Part shown: positions 54,501 to 60,556 of the stretch, one piece after another
Numbering within the stretch: position 1 is the first letter of the stretch
Layout: every line of letters begins with the position of its first letter
Assembly: GCA_002633005.1 (NCBI GenBank)
Contig: NMRA01000922.1
Location: 1-60,556 of the forward strand
Direction of reading: 5' to 3'
Length of the DNA stretch: 60,556 nt
Source: Phoronis australis
Lineage: Eukaryota; Animalia; Phoronida
Translations under genes and position numbers: made by a program
Notes under the pieces: model-generated
Databases searched by the model: none
Told to the model about the DNA's origin: nothing
Seen by the model: only the letters and a program-made list of their open reading frames with translations

Positions 54501-57500
54501 CCTTTAAAGTAAGCATGACATAAAATCAGTAGTTCTCTTCATAGTAGCTATGTCTTCTGAATCCTGAAACCTAAAGAAAAATTTGAAACTTTTGCTAAAG
54601 GTGATGTTTCTCATTGAATTACGCATTAGAATCCGGGTGTAAAATTTCCTTAACAAAGTGCATGTAATAACCAAGGTGAATACTCGAGATTCATATTAAC
54701 TGCAGTACCGCAGAGGTCTCATGTTTTGTAGCTGAAATGCTGATGCCACTTGATATTCATCTCCCCGTTTAGCTTAAGCACGGTTTCTCGTTTTAGGAGA
54801 AAACGAGGTACTGCAACGTACGCTTTAAAGAACATGTTTGGAAACACAATATACACTGTACCTGGACAGAAATCGGTGTTGCAAGCTCGAATCTCCTCTG
54901 GTTGACCATAGCAATCCAAACCGCCATAGTGCGGTCCATTGCACGTCCGCGTTCTGTTCTGTTTTCCACCGCCACACGAGGTAGTGCACGCAGTCCACGA
55001 TGACCAGACCTCCCAGACGCCATCGACTAAGAAAATGGTTGATTATAAGGTCAGTGAAGCCACGACAAAATACCGGAGACAGTTCCTCATTTATAGAAAT
55101 GCAGTCAATACCTTTTGTTCTTAAATGTACAAGCATACACGTGAGCTGGTTTGAGACATAGGAAATTAGAAAGAGGATGCGCACGCTTGCACAAACCCTG
55201 GATCAAGACAAGAGTGTCCCTAGGACACCAGAATATATGAGAATTTCAACTTCGAATCTTGACGTGTTCTGAATTTGCGATTTTGAAATAAGAAATTGAT
55301 AAGTTCTGAAATGAGGTGAGTTAACCCTCCAAATTTTCCATCATTCTATAAGTAGTGTATGTGCAGGTGGACCTCGAATCGCTTGTGTTCAGAATGATAA
55401 ATGTATTCACGTTTGGTTTTATCTTATCGCAGATTTGGGCCCTCATCTCGGACTACTGTCCCTCTTCAACTTAGTTTCCACACTACAGCACAGGCCCAAA
55501 TGCTTAACTACACGCTATTCGTTGGCTCAGACGTACCAGGACAGTGTTGATCGTTACAAAGCTGAGTCTCTGTGGCTTGCCCTTCACACTCCTTGCCACC
55601 ATAGTGAGGTCCATTACATGACCTTGACCGATGTTGGTATCCCCCGCCACACGTGATGTTACAGTTCGACCACGAGGTCCAGACATTCCAGGCACCGTTC
55701 ACTTTAATTGGAGAATAGTTTGTGATAATATGAAAGCGATATGACGGAGTGATACTTGGCGAGGTCTACTGGGGAAATGAGTTTGAAAGTTAAGGTAGCA
55801 ACACCACAGACAAAAACAACCATGACACCAACGACGATCATGAGCAAAACGACATCCTGGACCACGACTTTACCGACGACAATGTCAACAGCACAGAAAA
55901 TGCCGTCATCAACATTGAAAATAATATCGCCGAAGACAGCAATCCTGTTTCCAGTACAGACACAATTAACTCAATGTCCTAAATGTTGACATCCTTGACA
56001 TGAAACCACTAAGATAACTGATAAAGACCAAAACGACATTCACGATCGTGCAACAAAACGACCATGACACCGGTCAATGGTTCCACCCGCACCATCGGTG
56101 ACACCGAAGCCAACATCATCATCACTGTCACCTCTGCCATCAGTCGTCATTATCTATATCACCATCGCAAAAATCATCACCTACCATTGCTGAAGAATTC
56201 AATAAAAACACAAGCTTGTTCAGAAGAGTCAGTTTTAAAAGCGAGGAAGTCAATAAATGGACGTCCGAAAATCTCAGGTAACTCAAGAACGCCAGTCGCA
56301 GCGAACGGAAGCGCCTAGCGAGAACCGATGTCACATGTGTCGTAGTTCTTAGGGAGGTTTTTCACAAATCATGCTTCAGTGAAAGTCGTGTCTTGGCACG
56401 AGAAACCGATCAATGAAAAAGAGGAAACGTTAAAAATTCCGATTAACTTAGGAACGGTAAGGCCTATGTATAGACAGTCACGTGTGATTTCTCCAGATAG
56501 CCCGCGAGGAGGTCTACAGTGTATCTGTGCACCAAACTTCGAACGAATTCTTAAAAGGACCTAGGAGCTAGAACTACCAAAGAACGCAAACAACTTGCCA
56601 AATCCATCAATTGTTTAATTTTGACAAAAGAAAAATTCCTCACAATGTTCATGGGTGGAAGTTATGTTAAAATTCATTGCAGGTTGGTCGTGCGAATAAC
56701 ATTTAGGGTATAAAACCTATGTTGTTCTTGTACTCTGAGACCTGTGAGTGGGTTGAAGTCCGAGAAGCGAACCAGTGTCGGACTTTGGTCATCAGTGAAT
56801 CTCGAATATGCTGACAACTGTGAGTAGGGGGGAGCACTTGAGGGAATCAATCCACAAACCACATTTCAGAAAGATAGAGACATTTGTTATTTGCGAATTT
56901 CATGTCGATTATTCTACCTCTAGCGTGCCGTTAAATAAGCAAACAAACAATAAGTAAAGCAATTTCACGACAATGCAAAAAACTTAGAGAAATTCCATTC
57001 CACCAAGCACTGCGGGTTGACAGATTTGTTAAAGTTAGTGAAAACTTTGCATTCTTAGTATCCAAAAATGAAACACTGAAACATTTCATTTTTAACTAAG
57101 GCAGAGGTGAGTGTATAAAATATGTCCTTACTCCTGAACGGTTTAAGTGACAATGTCATTATCTTTGACTTTTCACTGGAACTTCATATGGAGATGGCAC
57201 GTGTCGCACCTGAATCTAATGAAGTAATTCCATCGCTAAATTATTAGAAAACGAGGGTTGTACTGGCTATACATATTGCATCCACGTTGTATTCATACAG
57301 ACTGCGCGCTGAGATCAACAAGTACGTGGACGTTGCATTCATGATTAGATCGTTTTAATAGATGTACGAAAACATCTGCAGTGGTGTAATGTTTGCAGTC
57401 ACCTGTTTACGCAATCGTTGATTAAAAGTCGTGAATTTTAGTATTCGATATTTCCTGGAGAAAGTTCCGTACTTTTACAATTTCAATTCTGAGAGATATC

Positions 57501-59876
57501 AGAAAAGGTGCCTTGCTCTTTTGAACAAGTTTCAAGATAACTTATGGAGTACCTTATGTGTTGACTTTTGTATTTGTTTTGGTGAAACAAGAACACCCCC
57601 GGTGAACATATTGATCAAGTGACCTTCAATTACCTGGACAATGCTGTTCGTTACAGGGCCTCGTCTCAGTGCTTTTTCCAATACAATCCATACCACCATG
57701 CTTCGGATCTACACACTCTCGATGACGGCGCTGATTGCCACCGCCACAAGTAGCGTTGCAAGTTGTCCATGTAGACCACGTGTCCCAAGCGCCGTGCACT
57801 GTTTAAGCATCCAAAGTGTACGTGAAGTTTATTGCTTCCAATGAAAAACTTTTGTGCAAATCGTGTTCAACGACGTGGAGAGACAACAATGCTAATGGTG
57901 CAGTCCGATTTTCTCTAAGTATACATGTAAATACTATAAACACAATCAGGAGAACCTTTCCCAGTGTAATTCAATAAGTGCGTTAAAAATCTTTGGATAT
58001 TGACGTATTGACCCGGTAGATATGGGATCCAAATGCCAATGGACCTGAGGACTGCTATGCACTGGAAAAGCCACGAACAGATCCTAGCTAAGTGTGGTAG
58101 TGACGTGGATTCGTTCAAACATGTAGGTAAATCTGACACCATCCAGAGATTTTCATAAAGAACAGCGCAAGCATTTAAGTACTCCACTGACGTGTCTACA
58201 TTCACATGAACAATCAAAGTTTAACGAAAGCAAATAAGTCAATTGTGTTTAAAAAAGTGGAATACTTTAAAACGTATTTCATAAAAACCTGACCACACAA
58301 CGACATTTGCGCTTCAAATTCAGTTCAACACAAAAATAAACATGAAATCTGCATTCGTTTACATGTACGTTCTCCAAAATTAGAATAAAAAGACATGACG
58401 TCCTTGTTAGGCCTACTTATCCAGCAATGAGAGACAGTGTAACATCGCGAAGCGATCCTAGTGACTTTCTTTTGAAATATCACGACTTTTCCTCCACAGG
58501 AATCATGTCACTGATATAAAAACGAGTGGGGGACCCTTATCTCATGATAACATTCATCGTAATACGCGAATAAACTTACCAGGGCAAGGCGGACCTACAC
58601 ACATTGTTGATTCGGTGTTGACACCGGTACAGGAGCGACCTCCTCTCAGTGCTGGGGGATAATCGCACTTCCTACGTCTAACTTTAGTTCCGTTGGAGCA
58701 ACTTGCGGAGCACTGGCTCCAAGATTCCCAGGTATTCCAATCACCGTGCACTTGAATTCAAAGACATTTTCGCATCAGTGAGAGAGGACGTACACCACAT
58801 TTGCTAAGGCTACAAATCCACTTCTAACTCTTAATCTCATGTTTTATAACGTTGTCCAAAAAGCTCCTTGTTTTACAATTCATCCTGAATTTGTCATTTA
58901 TAACACGTTCAGTTACGAAAGCAGTCTTGATGATTTTTTTAACATCAATGCTAATCAAACGGGACAACGCACTAAGCACAGCGAGAAAGCTGCCCGAAGT
59001 TTACTTTTTCGTAATATCGACGCTGCTGACCCAAGCGCAATTGTGGCAAAATTTTGGCAAGAACAGTTTAGCTGGTATGAAGTCTATTCAATATTTGGTG
59101 GCCAGATTAACGGAATACGTACAGGAACCTGCAAGAGGACAGTATCAATTGTATACAAACCTTTACAGCGCGCATAGGCGTATCCTTCATCTACATCGCA
59201 TTGCGCTCCCCATCCAGCGTGAAGGCAAGATGTCAACGAAAGCTCATTTCCGGTACAGTTGACTTTCGTTAACAACGTCAAACGTGAAGACGCAGCAGCA
59301 ACGCCACCTAAAAGAAAAAGATTAGTGCATAACACCTTAAGGTCATTAGAGGAGACAACGTAGCCCCAGCACTCGAGGTCGTAGGTTCGAGTCCCACTGG
59401 GTCCCACTGCTAAACTTTTGAGTCAGGTTTCTAGCTGCTGTCTATATATTAATAAAGCATAAACATCATTCCAGGTGATCAGTACAATGAGCTCACATGG
59501 GCTACCTGTGCACGACTGGTACAACGTGTATCAGACCGCCTGCAATTAATTTTTAAACGTCATTAGAAACAAATTGCAACAATTCTTCAATCTGACGTCG
59601 ATATCGTGTTCCAGCCTTTGCAGAAATGTCTTAACACTTCTTTTAACCTTTACCCAAGAACTGTGGAAGGAGATACTGCTCCCATCTAATGACCTCCACT
59701 AAACTGACGATCAATACCTTCAGTAGCTCCGTCAAAACCGAGCTGCCAGCAGAGTACTGATGCATCGGTAACATCCCAGTCTTGACCACAGATGGCAGCC
59801 CACTCGCCATGTGCTTCGTCGTAAATGTTGACTATTCCTTCACCGAAGGTCTCACCATCAGTCAGACGTATCAGCG
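30477..59876 (-). CDS. Large predicted extracellular protein: SRCR + 24 TSP1 repeats + Caspr/neurexin-IV-type fibrinogen-like domain (5' end not in window; about 1630 aa visible)
   Basis: 30 exons, all joined by phase-1 GT-AG introns, form one open frame (4901 nt) ending TAG at 30477-30479. No start/signal exon was found below 60556. The N gap could hide one more exon. Confidence 0.9.
30883..31047 (-). CDS. Fibrinogen-like domain exon 3 (GNKATGGCACSLTGDC...CNCDANDEIWRFDEG...LPVMTVLAGDT)
   Basis: Caspr-family CxCxxxxxC...CNCDA...W..D.G.....LPV.....GDT motif; GT-AG boundaries. Confidence 0.92.
32158..32406 (-). CDS. Fibrinogen-like domain exon 2 (HNHEQPIEV...ECRQSLRWDC...FWMNRD....YWA)
   Basis: TTCGTTCCAG| acceptor, CAG|GTAATG donor; Caspr-like CxQxIxYxC and WxxR...YW motifs. 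Confidence 0.9.
32635..32772 (-). CDS. Fibrinogen-like domain exon 1 (RTCREWYARGKTDSGYTDIDPDMEGPLKPFAAYCDM...TTIV)
   Basis: IDPD.GP..P...YC.M signature of the Caspr/fibrinogen-like N-terminal subdomain. Confidence 0.92.
34805..34978 (-). CDS. TSP1 exon 24 (174 nt, divergent)
   Basis: [28 protein letters not shown]...PCSIYSC; C|GTGAGT donor. Confidence 0.88.
35334..35498 (-). CDS. TSP1 exon 23
   Basis: DGVWNDWSRWSDCSVSCGGG...CNENPCP, 165 nt, AG/GT. Confidence 0.93.
35543..36111. other. Assembly gap (569 N)
   Basis: Run of N. Confidence 1.
36735..36899 (-). CDS. TSP1 exon 22
   Basis: DGIYLPWSPWASCSVTCGDG...CNVTPCP, 165 nt. Confidence 0.93.
37245..37409 (-). CDS. TSP1 exon 21
   Basis: DGYYDSWQEWGRCDVSCGGG...CNRQPCP, 165 nt. 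Confidence 0.93.
37733..37897 (-). CDS. TSP1 exon 20
   Basis: DGVWKSWSHWGTCDVTCGGG...CSNTSCP, 165 nt. Confidence 0.93.
38034..38198 (-). CDS. TSP1 exon 19
   Basis: DGHFNEWSGWGDCSATCGGG...CNEHNCP, 165 nt. Confidence 0.93.
38510..39280. repeat. MITE-like repeat fragments built from ATAAATTGTCGCC/GGCGACAATTTAT motifs
   Basis: Clusters at about 38520-38600, 38655-38690 and 39180-39280 share direct and inverted TTGTCGCC / ATTTATGTCG motifs. Confidence 0.45.
39914..40078 (-). CDS. TSP1 exon 18
   Basis: DGVFDTWGQWTVCSTSCGEG...CHERHCP, 165 nt. Confidence 0.93.
41470..41634 (-). CDS. TSP1 exon 17
   Basis: DGLFGEWTVWQSCNASCGGG...CNSQNCP, 165 nt. Confidence 0.93.
42201..42365 (-). CDS. TSP1 exon 16
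   Basis: DGVFEDWSSWSNCSASCGGG...CNDHNCP, 165 nt. Confidence 0.93.
42545..42930. mobile_element. GC-rich MITE (hAT-like termini), decayed
   Basis: TAGGCGGATTTAGGGGG ... ATCCTAGACCCGCGACTG termini resemble the other CAGTGGCGGAT-type copies. Confidence 0.5.
43091..43255 (-). CDS. TSP1 exon 15
   Basis: DGQWNLWSRWSQCNATCGGG...CNAQHCP, 165 nt. Confidence 0.93.
44035..44199 (-). CDS. TSP1 exon 14
   Basis: DGYYESWSAWSSCNASCGGG...CNGNPCP, 165 nt. Confidence 0.93.
45265..45429 (-). CDS. TSP1 exon 13
   Basis: DGVWLSWSQWTECNVTCGGG...CAQSFCP, 165 nt. Confidence 0.93.
45597..45761 (-). CDS. TSP1 exon 12
   Basis: DGVWRAWSNWTGCSKSCGGG...CNTNVCP, 165 nt. Confidence 0.93.
46037..46201 (-). CDS. TSP1 exon 11 (GAG acceptor)
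   Basis: DGAWVTWSEWSSCSSSCGNG...CNLRDCP, 165 nt. Confidence 0.9.
46490..46654 (-). CDS. TSP1 exon 10
   Basis: DGVWLEWTSWANCSATCGGG...CSIHYCP, 165 nt. Confidence 0.93.
47034..47198 (-). CDS. TSP1 exon 9
   Basis: DGVWKDWSDWFACNASCGGG...CNLQHCP, 165 nt. Confidence 0.93.
47992..48156 (-). CDS. TSP1 exon 8
   Basis: DGMWNQWQDWSECSASCGNG...CHKIPCP, 165 nt. Confidence 0.93.
48606..48770 (-). CDS. TSP1 exon 7
   Basis: DGFWRSWSIWGTCSASCGGG...CNELNCP, 165 nt. Confidence 0.93.
49148..49312 (-). CDS. TSP1 exon 6
   Basis: DGVWYSWSPWSNCSLACGGG...CNSHLCP, 165 nt. Confidence 0.93.
49614..52411. mobile_element. Composite hAT-like non-autonomous element: MITE halves with 16-bp TIRs enclosing about 2.5 kb of internal sequence
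   Basis: Left CAGAGGCGGATCTACG (49614-49629) and right CGTAGATCCGCCACTG (52396-52411) are inverted repeats with one mismatch. No clean 8-bp TSD. Confidence 0.6.
52566..52730 (-). CDS. TSP1 exon 5
   Basis: DGMWSAWSNYSICSTLCGGG...CNTHECP, 165 nt. Confidence 0.93.
52846..54503 (-). mobile_element. Kolobok-type DNA transposon (non-autonomous) with decayed THAP domain
   Basis: TTAA TSDs at 52842-52845 and 54504-54507. The 17-bp TIR AGGAGAATGC(C/T)ACCCAA has one mismatch. Minus strand from about 54333 reads MLQ*FVPACPN...GISFFRLSREP*MLRKWL...LRVSGRLF, a THAP remnant. Confidence 0.88.
54862..55026 (-). CDS. TSP1 exon 4
   Basis: DGVWEVWSSWTACTTSCGGG...CNTDFCP, 165 nt. Confidence 0.93.
55537..55701 (-). 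CDS. TSP1 exon 3
   Basis: NGAWNVWTSWSNCNITCGGG...CNDQHCP, 165 nt. Confidence 0.93.
55798..56190. repeat. Degenerate trinucleotide low-complexity tract (CAC/GAC/AAC/CAT)
   Basis: Runs such as ACCATGACACCAACGACGATCATG and AACATCATCATCAC. Confidence 0.6.
57634..57798 (-). CDS. TSP1 exon 2
   Basis: HGAWDTWSTWTTCNATCGGG...CNEQHCP, 165 nt. Confidence 0.93.
58580..58750 (-). CDS. TSP1 exon 1 (171 nt)
   Basis: HGDWNTWESWSQCSASCSNG...CDYPPALRGGRSC...CVGPPCP. Confidence 0.93.
59161..59307 (-). CDS. SRCR domain, second exon (...LLTKVNCTGNELSLTSCLHAGWGAQC......AYARCK)
   Basis: SRCR motif VxCxGxExSLxxC...W....C; TTCTTTTAG| acceptor, AAG|GTTTGT donor. Confidence 0.88.
59362..59410 (+). mobile_element. 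tRNA-derived SINE head fragment
   Basis: Pol III B-box-like GGTTCGAGTCC at 59384-59394 in GAGGTCGTAGGTTCGAGTCCCACTG; no complete cloverleaf. Confidence 0.5.
59718..59876 (-). CDS. SRCR domain, first exon (LIRLTDGETFGEGIVNIY...WAAICGQDWDVTDASVLCWQLGF)
   Basis: Canonical SRCR N-half RL..G....EG.V.......W..IC...W...DA.V.C.QLG. Confidence 0.92.
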
Positions 59877-59967
59877 CTATCATAAATTGTACGAAGGGGA
59901 ACAGATTTATCGTTGCAATCACAAAGCCTCTGCTTAAAGTGTACACATAATGACTCTTGTACCTCAA

Positions 59968-59972
<5 letters not shown>

Positions 59973-60030
<58 letters not shown>
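59973..60030. repeat. (TA)n microsatellite
   Basis: Perfect TA run of about 58 nt. Confidence 0.98.
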
Positions 60031-60035
<5 letters not shown>

Positions 60036-60232
60036 ATATCTTACTAGATTTCAGTGCCTTTAGTGGACAGCTCATAAAGAAACACGCAAAAATTGAAAAA
60101 AATAGTAATTATGCCTAACGTCATGGGTTGAACCCAAGTCGTTCGCCATACTGTTCGGATCAGAGAGTTATGCAAAGTGTATTGAGTGAAGAGAAAGCAA
60201 AATACATTTAGTGTTGAGAAGGTTCGTAGAGG

Positions 60233-60556
60233 GATCAAAAGATGTGTTTCCGGAGGCTGCAGCAACAGTAGTCAGGCGGAAAATGTCTCGGTGTTCCGAA
60301 GGATACCAATGTTGCGCAGAAGTGGCATCGCTTCGTGCGCCGAACGAGAGTGTGGGACGTCATCGTGGACCAAGCGATTCTGTCCGGGGCCACTCTGTGT
60401 TCTGCCCACTTTGAGGACTCGCGTTTCGACTCCAGTCACAAGAGACGTTACGATGAAGGCCTGGTTCAATAAAGGACAATATTTATCATTCAGAAACATC
60501 AGCTCTTAGTTCAGGATCGTCTGTTGGATGACTGGGTTGACTCGCCGAGCCCGAGG
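60233..60556 (+). mobile_element. Frameshifted THAP zinc-finger remnant (DNA transposon derived)
   Basis: KRCVSGGCSN...VSVF, frameshift, PKDTNVAQKWHRFVRRTRVW, frameshift, LCSAHFEDSRF: the C2CH THAP signature spread over shifted frames. Confidence 0.8.

Noticed and set aside
55756-55989. Thr-rich mucin-like ORF on the + strand
   Set aside because: Antisense to the host gene, lacks convincing splice sites, and is explained by a degenerate trinucleotide tract.
34805-58750. Dscam-like mutually exclusive splicing of the TSP1 exons
   Set aside because: I found no shared docking/selector sequences in the introns, the introns are long enough for normal joining, and long constitutive TSP1 arrays are known. 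Kept only as possible cassette skipping.
59362-59410. tRNA gene
   Set aside because: Only a B-box/T-arm is present; there is no A-box, D-arm or acceptor stem.

Overview
Intron-rich, AT-rich eukaryotic (metazoan, probably marine invertebrate) genomic DNA with two convergent genes. (1) A complete 10-coding-exon ammonium transporter (Amt family, 493 aa by my exon assembly) on the + strand at 8617-20010, with candidate 5'UTR exons and a TATA/Inr promoter near 4217-4247. (2) A 5'-incomplete minus-strand gene (59876 down to 30477, or 28713) encoding about 1630 aa: one SRCR domain, 24 tandem thrombospondin type-1 (TSP1) repeats each on its own phase-1/phase-1 exon (22 of them exactly 165 nt), and a C-terminal Caspr/neurexin-IV-type fibrinogen-like domain with no transmembrane segment. 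The gene appears to have two homologous 68-nt alternative last exons separated by a Penelope-like relic. The rest is intron/intergenic DNA with decayed transposons (Academ-like, CR1/L2-like LINE, Penelope, Kolobok with THAP, hAT-like MITEs, one split by about 2.5 kb of ORF-bearing cargo), a 569-nt assembly gap and many TACATGTA octamers. All exon boundaries and family assignments were made by eye, without database searches.
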